From Oculina patagonica (Eukaryota): a stretch of DNA of 64,000 bases. The stretch is taken from contig NC_135761.1 of NCBI RefSeq assembly GCF_052425735.1, positions 18,910,001-18,974,000 of the forward strand. Reading direction: 5' to 3'. Shown piece after piece: positions 11,451 through 26,415 of this stretch (positions are counted from its first letter, which is position 1; each line of letters starts with the position of its first letter). Made by a program: the position numbers and the translations under genes. A model generated the notes under the pieces. That model searched no databases. It saw only the letters and a list, made by a program, of their open reading frames with translations, and was not told where the DNA came from.

Positions 11451-14400
11451 ATTTCCATACAAAACATCCGTTCTTGCATAAACGCTTACACTACTGGGAC
11501 TGTGATTAGCTGCCTAATGATAATGACGTGTAGTTTCTCTGATAACTAAATGTGCTTTGCAAGCTAGTGTTTTCACGTTTGCTGATGTTAAATAAAAAGC
11601 AGGAAGATTGACAACGAAATATAAGTTTTGTTTTGCTTTAATGTTTCTGTTTAGTTGTCGTTGTCGTTGTTCTTGTTGTTTGTTTGTCATTCATTATAGC
11701 GAAACTCATCTCATCCTCCAGAAAAAGATGAAATTTCGGTTTCCATTTTTGGCAAAAAAATAAACCAGAAAAAGGTAAATAGACAACAGGGTTTAGTTAG
11801 TTCCATTCTACTTTGTAATTTTGCCGTGCAAGTTGCTAAATCTTGCAGTACGTTGACGTTTTTCACCCCTTAAGGACTATGGATTTTATATTTCCCTGAT
11901 TACAGCATATTTGTTTAATTATTGTGATTTAAGGGGGTTGTTCATTTTCTTTCTGCTGTCTGTCTTAAGGCAAAAAATGACTACAAAAAATGAAACAGAT
12001 AACATGCAGGCTAAGTTACCGATGAAGCTCATTTTAAGGTAAGAGGGGAGGCTAAACTTTTGTTCTTGAAAAATGCTTATCAGCATAAAGAATCCTCTTG
12101 CTCCAGTGAACTTAACTAAAGCGTGGACCTAGTAATTTCATCAAAAGGATTCAACAAATTAACCCTAGACCAGTTCGCAGGTTTTCGCGCCGTTTTGAAA
12201 TAGTACCATCCATCAAAAAAGAACATGAGCATAAAGCATTACTCAAAAACAACCAAATTACTTATTTTCCAGATGTTATGCAATTTTTTTATTGGAAAAA
12301 ATCCAAATACGTAATTCCTGGCATGACTTACGAATTCTAAAGCGCGAAACATTTTGATTTTACAGCGCATCGACTACAAACGCCTTTTTTCTTCTGGAAA
12401 TAAATCCCTACTTGTCCTAGTCCTTTAGGCTGCGTTGTAGACCGAGTGAATAGCACGAGCATGGCCCTGGAAACATTTGTGACGTAATGTATAGGTAATC
12501 ATGATGTCACGAGTTAGTGGGAAGGGAACGCCTGGGTACTAGGCTAAAAGCTACATTAGTTTACGTTCAATAGTGATAGGCAGCGCTAAATTGACCAAAA
12601 AGTGTGATTTTTACTGTGTAGTATAAAAAAAATCCAGAATTGCTACGTCAACGGACAATAGGATGCGGGGGAAAGGAGGATGCGAAGGTAAGGTGAACAT
12701 TTTATTTTCTAAAACGAAAAATATGCACAAGAACTGAAGTCAGGTTTGCCACGCGTACACTGATGACTCTTATTTTGCACTGAATATTTTCGTGTTTGAT
12801 TAAGAGATCGAAATATAAGACTAAAAAAAGGGCCAAGTAAAAAACGAACAGAACGAACTACGACATATAAACTAAAAAAATGTCAACAAGTGAATTATTT
12901 GCCTGATCACAGCCCTAACCCTACACATACTTCACATACTAGCGCAATACTAAAGCAATTCAACTAGTTCTCGGCGAAAGTAACATTTATATGATTACCG
13001 GTAAGAAAAGAGTTGAGATGCTTGTAGTGAGAAAATGTATAGCCCATGCTCCGTGTTGTTTAATTTTGTGGAATTTTGAATCCATTTGAAAGAAAGAAAA
13101 ACAGTTAAAGCTTTTTTAGCTTCTCGCAATCCAAGAGTGTACCGTCTCTATATAATATAACTTTCTGACGTAGTCCATAAATGTATATTTTGTCGATTTT
13201 CATGATAAAAGGTAATCTACCAAGTTAGAGTGTTTTTCTCATCACAATGTACTCTTTTCCTTTCCCTTCACAGCCGAGTTCGATTCTTAAGAGATACATT
13301 GTGTCGATAACAGCCTTGTACATTTGTAGCCATCTTTTGTTAAAAACTAGAAATCCTAAAAGAATGTGATTTTGTTGGTTATGTTCGTTGATAATGTTTC
13401 GTTGGTAATGACTGATATTTGTATAGATATCGGCCGGGAGATTTTGTTACACTGCAATTTTCGCCACGAGGGTGATAAGTCAGTGCATAAATGGCAAACA
13501 CGCGTCTCTCTGAGATCGCCAGTAAATTCGATAATTGAATTCAGGCTCAACATCATTCCGCCTTATAGAGAGACGGAGGTTAACCAGAATTAAGCAGCTC
13601 CACCAATTATATGGATACCAGGCGACGAAACTGGAAGAACGAGTTATTTTGTGATGTTTCGATGAAACTGGATATTTGCATAACTTGGTCGCTTCTCGAT
13701 TTCAATTATGTATTCTAATATTGCAGGGTTGCAAAAGAAGAAAATATTTAATCAATCGGAGATGGAGTCACAGGCAATACGAAGCCTGAAGTGACCGATT
13801 TGCCAGATCTAGAGTACTGAATTCATTCGATTTGTTTGAGGAAAAGAAACGTTTTCACAAAAAGGTTAAGAAAAATAAAATAAACATTGTAACAGTTTAC
13901 TGCGTTAAATTATGGAAAAACCTGTACAATTGTATCCGATGACAGGTTTATATATTAGAAAAACCTTTAGAAACCAAACAAACCCGTGGGACTAAACAAT
14001 CATCAACAAAGCCAAAGATTCGACTGTCTTGAAACGTCAATTCTTTTATAAAATGCAATCATCAGTATATCAACTTTACGGCACTTCATGACGAATCCTT
14101 TTTCAAGGCAGAGGTACCCTTTTGACATTAAGCAAAGTTAAGAACCAGCTGAATGAGATTTTTATATTTGGGTTTTGACAAACAAGTCAAATTCGTCTGT
14201 GTTGACAAGCGAAGCAAAACAGGAGCTCTTAAATCAAACCTTCAGAAAAAGAAAACTAATTAATAGTTACTTTGAAGTACACAACTATATAAACTTTGTT
14301 AAAGAATAATTACATTTTTTGCGGTTAATGAAAGTTTTAAGCCGCGTGATCTCGGATTAGGGTGATAAAGAGAGGAGCTAAAACGAGACTCCTCCAGTTA

Positions 14401-16594
14401 TTTTTTATTTGAAGATTATTCAGTAATTCGTCCCATATCACAATAGTTTTTTTATGCTAAATTGTGATGGTTCGGCTATGCTAAAACCATGTTTTTATTT
14501 AATAAGTTTCAAGTTTCATTGTTCTCCTTTTTTCTTATTATCAAAACCAGGTCAGTAGCTCGTAAATAACATTGGCGTACGTTAACTGTGCATGAATATA
14601 GCTATAGTTACCAAAGATTTTATTTTGCGACGTTTTTCTGAATATTTGCATACTGATGCGACTTCCCTGTTGTGGAACTCGACTTAATCCCAAATTAAGT
14701 TTAGGGAACGTTTATTTTTAGTACTATCAGGATCAGGCAAAAACATAGGAAACAGATCGATATTCAATTCTCAGTGATATTACCCGAATTCCGGCAACAG
14801 TCATTCTCAGCCTTCAGAGTAAGCCTTCAGAGTAAGATCGTTTTTGAGTGACGACAACTCGAGTCCACACTGTGAATAACCGAGAATTGGCGACCGGCTT
14901 CTGCGGGACAGGCGTTACCAAAAAAAATTCAATATGGCACCTCTACAAAAATTGCTTTTCCAATGAAGAAATCTCTCAAACAAACCAAAACGCTAGGACA
15001 CGGGCTAACTTCATTCAACAAAAAACGATTAATATTTTTGTCTCAAACTAACATTTTAGAGTAAGAAATTAAAAAGAAAAACGAAATACGACCTTTGCGC
15101 GCACTAATATCACTAAAAACTATAAACCAAATCTTGTTCTGCCGTTAAGCATTCTAATTACTATACATCTAGATAAATTGTCGAGAATTGTCCGCAAAAA
15201 TTGAGGTCGCAAAAAATGGCAAATGAGACGACTTTTTTTAAGAAAGAACGTCTTCTAAATCTTAAGATGTCGGCTGAGAGTTATCATGTTAATATGACTT
15301 AGAAGCGAACACTGTAATCAATAATTATTACTATAGACATCCGCTGCAGAGGTTGTGGCTCCTAGTTTGTAACATGAAACACAAATATGAGGTCGAAAAG
15401 TCAGTGATTGGAGTTTATTCGCTTTCGTAGGAATGAGAACAGTACCCCCTGAGAGAGGTTTGGTGAGCATAGGGGCATCGACCATTTTAACGATACGAAA
15501 ATTAGAGTTCACAGAAAGTCCACTCAAATGAATATTTGTATAAATCATGAGATGTAATTTCTATAATGTGTTTTTACGAAAGTGACTCCTACTAAGATAC
15601 TCAGCCTTTTTTTTATTAATTTTTCTCAAATGCTTAAAACATACAAAACCATAAACGACCCGCACGTCCAATGCAGTCGTCTATAGCGAACCAAAGTTAC
15701 ATTACGACAAGCGAACAGATTTTCAATTCTCGGTGTTATTAGCCGGCTGCAGTTAATCTTAGAATCTCTCAGACGAAATTCGCTTTACAGTGACGAATGA
15801 ATACCGTCTAGTCTATGTAGCGCGAAGAGCTGAGAAATTTGGCGACATATATCTGCGGGATGGGCATTGAATTTTTTTTCGCTTGGTGCCTCTACACACA
15901 TGCCTTTTACAATAGAGAATATCTTATAAACAAACTGAAAAGGCGAAAACACAGCTCACTATGACTCAACAGAACCAATTTTTTGTCACCGCCTTACAGT
16001 TTCGAGCAAGAAAGTGAAGAAAAACGAAATCAACGACCTTTACGCGAAAGAACATCGCCAAACATAAATCCAGTTCTGCCAACAACTTCTACTAGTTTTA
16101 CAATAATTTAAGAGAATTTACTGCGAAAAAAGTCGAAAAGAATGGCAAATGAGAATATTTTTTTTGTGACCAACGATGTGACAAATCTTAAGTGCCAGCT
16201 AAGTTCTCCCGATATGAGTGAAACAAAAAAATTTCGCATGCTAAAGAAGGAAAAACACGCCGAAAACACTAAAAAATAAGTTAAGAAGAAAAGCTAAAAC
16301 GAATCTAGTACTGAAGTAAACTACCGGCCGTTGGTAGTATACCGCGTTCACAAGACAGAGAGGAACAACTAAAATAAATTATTGAAAAATACAATCATTA
16401 GAAGCAAACACTACAATAGATAATTATTACATGAAACACTTTTCATGCATGGTCGAAGAGTCATGCAGTGGTCAGTGGTTCGCCTCCAAGAGAACACCTC
16501 CTGAGAGAGATTTCGTGCGTGTAGAAAAAATAAAATATTCCAGTAGATAAATGAAGGATTTCAGTAATCAAATAAGGGAATAGCGATTAATTAG

Positions 16595-17335
16595 TGATGT
16601 TCGACTGAAATGAATATTTTCACCGAGATGTATACCCGCGTTGTTCTAAAACCGACGTCAACTCCAACATTTTCCAGCCTCTACGTCGAGCGCAATTGTA
16701 TCTCAGTACCAAAAGGGTCTCTTTTTTTAATTTACGTTTTTCCGTATTTCTACAAAGGAGGGTCTTAAAAGAGATGTGCGCACAATTCATGTCACCCTAG
16801 TTTGATTTTTTTCCAAATTTTTTCACTTTTTTCAATTTAGAGGACGAGAACAATATCCGCTACACTGTGGAAACAGAAAAAATATCAATCAATCGAAATG
16901 TGAAATTATAGATTCATGCTAATAACAAAATGATGCAGTGGTTCACAATAGCATTTACTATGATGATCGACTGAAATGAATATTTTCGCCGAGAGAAGCA
17001 TTTGTATGCCGCGTTGTTCTAAAACCGACGTCAACTCTTTAATACGACATTTTTTAGTCTCACGTCAAGCGCAATTGTATCTCAGTACCGAAAGGGTCTA
17101 TTTTGCAATCCATTTTTTTATTTCCGTATTTCTACAAATAAAGGTCTTAACAGAGACGTACCACTAGTTTATGTCACCTTGGTTTGATTTATTTCAAAAA
17201 TGTTTCACTTCAGTTCTTTCAATTTACCAGACAAGACCAACATCCGCTACACTGAGGCAACATAATAAAAAAGATTAATCAATCGAAAGTCTGAAATTAT
17301 ATATCAAGCTCAAAAAAATGATGCAGTGATTCTAC
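16595..17335 (+). repeat. Diverged tandem duplication, two copies of ~365 bp
   Basis: cgactgaaatgaatatttt...ccgcgttgttctaaaaccgacgtcaactc...tgatgcagtg occurs at ~16600 and ~16968; single copy at ~39275 in unit 2. Confidence 0.75.
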
Positions 17336-18834
17336 AAAATGATTTCAACCTTTTCGCGAAAAGAAACGTTTTTACAACTAGTTGCGCAAAGTAAATATCG
17401 TCGTTTGAGTAAAAACAGAAATATACATGACGTTAAATAATAAAAAAATCAAGAAACCAAATAAACTCGTGAGATATGAACAATTAACAGCGAGCAAAGC
17501 GCCATGAATCTTTTTATGTAAAATATCTCATTGGAAGGAAACACACTGTTAACGGTTTCAAAATCAATAATGTCTGCATAAAAATATTCTCTCAATTTAG
17601 CGGCTCTGGTCTTGTGACAATTAATGTGATTTATTTTTATTTTATTTTTCCTTTCAAGATGAAGCACTGCGAACTAAAAGTTTCTTACTCAGATCGCTCG
17701 TTTAAGTGTACACAGACAAAAAATTCAATCTGGGACTTGCTAGTGAACTGATAAGTATCAATCAACCAATTTTTTTGTGTATTTAAAAAACTCTTCGTGG
17801 TTTCTTTGTGAAAACCATAGCGTAATTTTGACCCCGAAAATAACTTTTTATTTGTTCGACTCAACGTAACAGGAACTCAAAATCTCCAATCTTATTGTAT
17901 AAAGACAAAGCAACTGTCATAAACCTTATCAGTAATGTAATATTCTATTGTAACAGTTCGACTAAAAGTCAACAACAAACTGGTCCGAACACGAACCAAA
18001 GTCAACAGAAAGGTTGAAAACTCAGTTGTACACGTAGCTTACTTATCATTCCTTTACAGTGAGTTGTTCAACAGGTACTTGGAACAGAAAAGCGAACCTT
18101 CGAGCTTTGAGGTATGACCATTTTCTCTGTATTTTCTGCTCGTACTTACTAAACGGTTATCCCAATATCTATCGCCAGTGAAAAATTGAATTCAGACGCC
18201 TGTTCAGGCTACAAAATTCAACCTTTTCACATCGAAAGTTTCGCGTATCAATTTTATAGCAACATTTTCACTTCCTAGAAAAAAAGATCGATTTCATTCC
18301 AGATAAAAGCAAAAATCATAAGACTGTAAAAAATGCTCTATGTTTTGAACAGTTTTATTAATTTCTTTAATAATAAGTAACATTGGGTTCTTCTACGAGT
18401 GTGAAGATCTGCCCAAAAATTAAGAAAATTAGAATCATGCAGAAAAACTTTCGCTCGTTCTTTGAAAGAAAAAACAAATTTGTACCCAATATTAGTTCAC
18501 ATCAAACAAGCCAGTACTGAAAAAACAATAGTCCTGCTAGAGGGAAAGTTTGAATTGATATACTTTTGTATATTCCCATTTTTATCGGCTGAGTTTAAAA
18601 ATCGGCTTCCCGCGAGATTTCAAAAGTCCTCCTTTTAGGCTTTGTCTCAATGTACAAGTTTCATCGAAATCCTACATTTGAACATTTAATCAAAACACAG
18701 AATTTAAATGCTTTTATAAGCCAAATTGGCATTATGGACTTACTCCATGATATCGATACGTCAAAAAATTGCGACATTTGTAGTGATATTGTCTCTGCTA
18801 ACTTTTCCTGCAGCAGATCGTGACTTCAGAAGAA

Positions 18835-20447
18835 ATGGCTTTCACTTCGCATAAAGTTTCTGTGATCTCCTTGTTGTCTCTGTTTGCGATGTCATTGTTG
18901 GTTTACTGCGCCACAGCAAATAACAAAACCAATCAACCATCCTACAAAATGGTAAGTGACAATTATTGCAAACGATAATTTCTGACAAGAGTAAAAACAA
19001 TAACCTTCTGTGCAAGGGGCGGTGACGAATCACCACCTCCTTTCCCTCCCCCTCCCCCCCCCCCCCCCTCCCCCTTCCCCATAAGTATTATTTTTATTAA
19101 AGAAATGTTGTAGAAGGAGTTAATACGAAACGAACGAATTGAGCTATTAGAACATGCGAAATCATCGAGATATATACTTTCTGTAGAAACATTGGGAACA
19201 AAAACAAGTTGTTTTTAACAGCATTTACGCCACGAAAAGGGATGGAAAAAAGAACGTTGTTGTGTCTAAAAAGAATTGAATCAAACAACAAAATTCCGGT
19301 CTTCCATGATAACTATTTACGTGAGTGAATTCATTTCGCCCAAAGAAAACGTTCGGTATTTCTTTGTAACAAAGGTGTATAAAGGAATTTCTTTGTTGAA
19401 CTTCTCATTAAAATTGTCAGCTGATAAAAAAAAAAAATACAAAACACTCTAAGGAAATATATATCAGGCGCCAAAGTATAAAGCAGGTATAAAAATGACA
19501 CAGCATTTGCAAATACGTTCATGAAAAAATCAGTTGTCTAGGCCAATGGATCTCACAATTCTTTCTTATTCCAAGCAGCAAACCAGCTGTTATGGTGGTA
19601 TCCCTGGTATGCACGGCAAACCTGGGTCTCCTGGGGCACCAGGCCGTGATGGCCGCGATGGCCGTGAAGGAGCCAAAGGTGACAGAGGTAACCGAGGGAG
19701 GACTGGACCCCAGGGACCTCCGGGTCCCAAAGGAAGTCCTGGTGTTAACGCGACGGATGGTGCAAAAGGAGAACCTGGAGTTCAGGGTCCTCCCGGCCAA
19801 AAGGGGCAGCGTGGAGAGAGTGGAACGAGTGGAATCCCTGGTACTCCTGGTGCGATGTCTTATAAGAACTGGAAAGAGTGTGCATGGAAAAACTTGAATG
19901 ACGGCAGAGACAACGGTCTGATCAAGGTAAGATTTTATGGAACATAAATTTTTATGCTATACCATATAAGTCATATAACAGCATTATCATGTCTGGAAGC
20001 AACTTCAAAACTGCATGGAAATAACACGATAATTATAAACATGAACAAAAACAAAAACTACTACTAAATCAATCAATCAATATTTTTGCACAGGACTGTG
20101 TGTTCACCAAGAACTTCTCTGACACATCCCTCCATGTTTACTGGACTGGTGTCCTTAGAGTCCAAGGCTGTACCGGGTGCTGCAAACGCTGGTATTTTAC
20201 TTTCAATGGTGCTGAATGTGCAGCTCCCCTGCCAATTGACGGTGTTGTGCACTTGGGGGGTGCAAAATCTCAAGATCCTCACCGTGTCCGCCATATTGAG
20301 GGTCACTGTAACAACATCAAGAAAGGCAAGGTGCGCGTGGGATTCCGGATCGGTAATTGTCCCCGTTACGGAAACGCTGACGGCTACACAGGCTGGAACT
20401 CAGTGTCCCGGATCTATGTTGAAGAAGTTCCCAAACCTCAGGCTTAG
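18835..20447 (+). CDS. CTHRC1: G2 (A-type): CTHRC1-like protein, ~272 aa; coding exons 18835-18951, 19579 (or 19576)-19926, 20094-20447
   Basis: Signal exon [28 protein letters not shown] ends ATG|GTAAGT; ~29 Gly-X-Y triplets; CTHRC1 domain ending [19 protein letters not shown]; phase-0 GT-AG introns at the same positions as in the paralogues. Confidence 0.92.
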
Positions 20448-23400
20448 ATCTCGAGACAAATCATCCATTCCTGCATAAACGCTTATAATGGGACTGTGAT
20501 CAATTCGCTAAATTATTTAACAAGCGATTCGTTTGATTATTGGGTGTGCTTTGTAAAGATTTCTCGTTTGCTGTTATAAAAAAAAGGCAGGAAGATTAAT
20601 GGAAATGTGTCTGCTTTTTGATGCCATTCAGTTGCGGAACTCTCCTTATGACATATTTGCAGGATTAAACGCAGCTACGCGAAAATTACTAAATATACCA
20701 AATGTTGTTACTGGCTTGTGAAAATAACGGGATAAAGTTTGAAAGTTTTAAAATTTTTGAAAGCGCATTGAAACTGTAAGTGATTTCCACAGTGCATGTC
20801 ACAGAAGACTTCAAAAATTACAACAGGTACAAAATTTGGGAAATTCGTAAAGGCACAAGCTGCAAGTATAGTTTAATAGAAGAAGCTAAAGAAGAAAAAA
20901 AGTAAAAAAAAAAAAATAGCGATAATACAAGATTCCACAAATCACGTAAAACTATGAGGACCAAGCGAGAAATGCCAGTACCAAAGACAAAATTATTAGT
21001 TTCTAAAGAAACTGTTACCTCTGAGACATCCGAGCTCAAGCTAAAACTCCGTGTATCAAAAAGGCAGCCTCAGTTTTACTCTGTTGCCACTGTTTTTTTG
21101 GATTTTTTTTTTCTGCCTTCTGTTGCACAACAAAATAAAAAAAATGATATTTCACTCATGATTTTCTTGAACACACATATCTGTAAACACCCGGCCAACT
21201 GTACTTCTTCAATTTCGCCCCAGTTACCACGAAATTCTTTTCCAATTTTGGTTAACATTTTATTCTTTTAATTTTCCTGAAAGTCATGGTGCGGTGCTTC
21301 CAATTTTCCTTTCTTGAAGAACTAATTTTGCCTTCCCTTCTGACATCTGAATTGATAACAGTTTTGTTGTTGTTGTTGTTGGCCCTAAAATCGTTCTAAA
21401 AAGGATTAGTAATGCCGGGTAGTCAAGTGGACACTGAAAAATTAACTAAATAGCGAGCTTTTCTAATCCGTCGGCCTAAGATAATTGGAACAAACTCAAT
21501 ACGCACAAACATTAATAACAAACGTAGACGCGAACAGTTTGCCATAACACAGATAACAGTTTCTGGGTAAAAAGCTTTGTTGCAGATGCGTATCAGCGCT
21601 AACCTAATTGAACTGCAAACGTTAACGCCTTAACGCCCCATATCACGAAAGTTTCGTTTTGCTAAGCTTTTTAGAGCTTTGCGCCAAATTTATTCTCAGG
21701 GAATCAGAACAAAAACATTCAAATGGAAAGATTTTTCAATGTTCTAAAAGAACACATGCAGACAACACAAGCAATAAGCGGATTTTACGGCAAATTTTTC
21801 TACAATTGCGAAACCTTTTTTTCTTCATTTATGTTTTAAATTCACCCTATAGCAAACACTTCAGTTTTCAAAAAGTACGATTTTCGGATTTTCAGGACAG
21901 AAAATATTTACTTCACTGAATTTTACTTTTCTGGAACTCCGAGTTTAAGAGAACGTCTGTGCTAATGCGCTACCCTCCAACTCTAGGTATTCGAGGCAGC
22001 TGACAGCTCTGTGTATTAACTACACTCATTTTAATTAGAACGTACTTAAAATATGTGCCACGCCATATCACGACAATTCCTTATTTCTCACTCACTGCAC
22101 GTTAACTACTGGGAAATAAGGAAGCCCGAATTCAGCTGTCTTTCTTTTTTTTCGGTAATATTCGGTCTGTGAAGTCGAATAAAAGAGATTTACTCAATAA
22201 TTTTTAAGAGTTTAGATATGTTTACGTTAGGAAACATGCAGTCGCATTTTCAGCCACCCCTACCCCCACCCCCACTGCCTAGTCAGTTCACATACCTTCT
22301 GTATCTCTTCGTCGAAAGCGCGCGAGCAACTGTGATCATGGAAAACTTCAAATTCAGTTAGTAAGGAAATATACGTTGAAAATTTCCCATCTCTGATTCC
22401 AAGGAGACTACCGACTTTTAATTCCCATAAACACTATATCGCTCCTGATGGCATCACATCTAAGCGGCAGTGAACTAAAAGGTCATTAGTCAATCTTAAA
22501 TGTCGAACTCGTGGTCGAACCGCTCACGGTTCTTCAATGAACGCGCGCGAGAGACTGAGAGTCACGCGTGTCACGCAAACGTCTGCGTGTATGGTAATCT
22601 TTTCCTGTTTGTTTAGCTATATAGCTTGACGAGACAGTGAGATCGTGATTATTTAATTATGATCCATTCTAGCTTTCGTTTCTTATCCTCCAAATAAAAA
22701 TCCAAAAAAAGTTATACTACTACTATATATGCTGTGTTATATGGGCGGTTTATCTCGAACACTACGATGATTCGTAAATCCGCCTTGGCAGAAACAGGAA
22801 GCGTTAATTATATCGAGTGCATGGTTATAGCCCGAAGTGTTAATTATAATAAATCACATTCTATTTGCGATATTCAAATGTCCTGTCAAACAAACGCAAT
22901 CACCCGGAACTCAAATATTCACCATCACACAATTCACTTATAAAAATATAAATGACAAATATTTACATTGAAACACTCGAGGGTTTGGGACAAGTACTTA
23001 TTGGAGCGTTCAAGTAACCGGCGCTTTTCGTTCGACAAAAGTCAACGAAAATAACCATCTAATGAGAGTTAAATAGCTGCAAGATTTTTTACTCTTTTCG
23101 CTACCCGCTTTGGGAAGTTTGATTTGCATGAAGACTGTCTGGCCGCCACGTAAACAGATTTTAACTTATAGCTACAGCTATGTCTTTAATCCGGCTATTA
23201 AATTTCTTTTAAATTTCTTTTTTAACGATCGATACAATCAGCAAGCCCAACGGTGTGAAATTCTTTAAAACATGAGGGAACGTCATTACTCCGGCAAGCT
23301 CTGAGACAGAATGCTGAGAATTAAGAGGTAAACACTAATTTCTTGCTGTTTAAGCGTAATAAATACAGTTACTGGATGTATATATGTTAAAGGTTATAAT

Positions 23401-23735
23401 TATTTGTCAAACTTGCATCATTTGAGAAAAGTATTTTGTAACCATGCGAATGATAGAATTGATTTCTGTCGAACGACAATGCCTGTGAGAATATTATACA
23501 GAAAACGTCCCTCAAAATATAGTTGCGAAATTAATTTGCAAACGCGTTATGTCCAGAATCATTCCATTTGCCGACTGGAGGGCTAAAAAGCATGGACGCA
23601 AAAAGGGACTTTGCTGACGACGTACATTGTGGTGTAAGTTACCGCTAAGTTTTATTTTTTTTACTTTCGCGTCAGTCTTCCTTTTTCAATAACAGTTCTG
23701 AAATGTAACATACAGTTCTCTCTCTTCTTCTACAG

Positions 23736-23782
23736 CCTAGTTGTCACTTACAGATTCGGAGAGACACAATTCTACTAGAAAG
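23736..23782 (+). other. Candidate 5'-UTR micro-exon of G3
   Basis: Strong acceptor ttctctctcttcttctacag|, strong donor AAG|GTAAGT, upstream donor GTAAGT at 23634; G3 ATG exon is preceded by an acceptor (30693). Confidence 0.4.
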
Positions 23783-25533
23783 GTAAGTGATTGCATATTT
23801 TAAAAATCTGTGCTTTTATACTGTCACGGTAGAGTGTTTTAAAAAGAAGTCTGGCCGGCATTAACAGTTTAATACAAATTTTTCGATTTTGTCAAGGTAG
23901 TTCTGGACCGTAAATTTGTGAAACATTCTGCGATCAGCTGCATCGTCTACACGATTGCCAACAAGTTTTAAATGTCATCTTTCGTGCTATTTTACGTACC
24001 GTATAGTTGTTGGTTTGCAGTGTGGAGCGGGAGGTGGAGGGGGAGCTATATATGGCGAATCACAATTCGTGCTATCACCGAGACTGCGTCCGAACTTTCA
24101 CATCTTAAACGGACACTGACAGCATTATCTGGGCGACGCATTGAAAAATGATTTAAGTAAAAAAGAGTCTCTCTCAACGAAACCAACAAACTTCAATTAA
24201 TATTTTGTAACAGCGAGCGTCGATTTCGAAATCCTGGCGTGTCTGGTGCGGACACATTCATCAGTACCTATTAACCGCGTGAAACTTCTATTTTTTTTTT
24301 ATTGGAAAAAGCGGCAACTTTCATTTTGGAAATGTTCATCGCGTTCAGACATTATTATGACAAAGGAATGACCAAGTAGTTCAGAAGCGTAAAAAAGGAC
24401 GTCTTTGTTAGAGCTGCTACTTTACAATATAGTTGAGGTGTCTAGCAATACGTTGTGCATGGGAAATTGAAGGGGGAAATACAAAATTCTGTTTTGGTTT
24501 TATTTTTTTAAAAATTGTATCAACTTTAACTTTGAAAACAAAGCGCTAGAGAAAAAATATTCATCGAAATCATTATCTTATGCAATCAATATTTGGTAAT
24601 TATAACTTACAAATGAAAGACCATTTCGTTCCCATCTGCTAATAAAAAGTTTGTTCCAGCGAATAAAATTCCTTGTAAGAATGCAACTTTTAGTCTAAAC
24701 AAAGTTGTTTGTATTTCACAAACTTGTTTTATCGGGATCAATTCTACTCCTGTTCTAAAAGCGACAAGACAAGAGCTTCTTGGCTGACTGTGTAAGCCAC
24801 AACTTTGATTTTCTCTGCTTCTTTGCTTGATTTAATGTTAAATCTAACATTTCTCTCTCCTTTCTCTCCAGTATAAAGATTATTGTCTGCAGATTTCCAG
24901 ACACGCAAGTTTGCAAGAGAGGTTAGTGACTGTTTTAAATGTGCCTTCTTTATATATTGTTCTGCTTGAGCGCATTTTTGGAAACTAAACTTAAAGTTTG
25001 GCAGCATTAGGTTTTTAAAAAATAGAATGCTGATCACCCATGTTTACCGAATTTCAATACCGAAGCATCAACTTGCGAAACATCGTGCGATCCAAATGCG
25101 CAATAACTTTGCTTCAAAAAGATACGTTATTTTCTCAGTCATTTTCTCTTGAAATAAACAAGTCATTAGACTCAGTAAAGTCCCGCAAAATTCCTTCTTT
25201 CTTGTATTTATTGTATTAATCGTGTTTAATGAAGAATCATTAACAAGCTTAACTGTCCATATGCCGTAAATTGAAATTGCATTTTAATGACTGTATGGTG
25301 ACAGTCTTTGTAAAGAAAAAACGAGTCACTTATAACCAAATTAACAAACTGAATGATGTCAGTGAAAACGGACAGAGACATTTTTATTTCAAGCACAATT
25401 TTGCAATTTATACAATTGTCTGATGTTGTTACAATGAATTGTTCTTATGAGTGTTCATGACATCCAAAGTAGTTTCAAACTTTTCGCAACATTTAAATTT
25501 CATGGTGAGTTGAAAATATCGATAGCATATTCA

Positions 25534-26382
25534 TTTATTGACATTTATTGATCATTTCATACAGTGAAAAAGGAACGTTTAGAGCTAATGTTGACGCCTA
25601 CCAGAAAAAATAGAAGTACCAAAATACTTATTAAATCAGTTAGGATAAGGTGAGCAGTTATTTCAAAATAATTATATGTACAATGTAATAAAAGTAATCG
25701 TTGTGATAAATTGGCGCTACTTCTAACCACGGATGTAGCTTCTTCGAGCTTATGCTATCAATGACAATGAAATACTCAGAGCAAGATCCTTTACAGTTCT
25801 TCAATAGCTCCCTACATCTTGCGCATAACAGCTTGGTACCATTCTGCTAGACGGTATTGAAAAACCACAAAAAACTTATTGATCCAATAATGTTAAGCTG
25901 TTGTTGAGACGAGATAATATAGTTACATAACCTCTTAATTTAAACATTAGTCCCTTCACTGTAAACATCAGTAGATTTCCACATGTACGTAAGGAACAAA
26001 TAACTAGAATGAACAGCCAAAATGCCAAAAGCTAAGCTTAAGTTAACAAACTATTCAATACATCATTTCGAAGAATCTTTCGCTACCTAACAAACATATG
26101 CAAGCTAAGCGCAAGTCCTTCAGGCTTGTTGATGGAGCAGCATACTTATCGATGATTTTATTAGCAGAGATAAACACCCTAACAAATGCTGAACCGCTGT
26201 TAAAAAACTATTTCAAATTGAGCTATCCGGCCAAATGATTAATGATAATGCGGACATGAATCAAAATAAAAGCTGCATAAGACTTGAAACTACGTAAGAT
26301 GCGCATGCGGCTTGTAAAGCGATACAACTGAAACTGAGACAGTATGAGGACAAGATACCGCATCTTATAAAGAACTTGACGA

Positions 26383-26415
<33 letters not shown>

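Noticed and set aside
10987-11481. Overlapping alternative-frame and antisense ORFs recurring at each paralogue (e.g. MFTGL..., MVVSLV..., minus-strand ORFs)
   Set aside because: Shadows of the conserved CTHRC1 and Gly-X-Y coding frames; starts and stops are not conserved.
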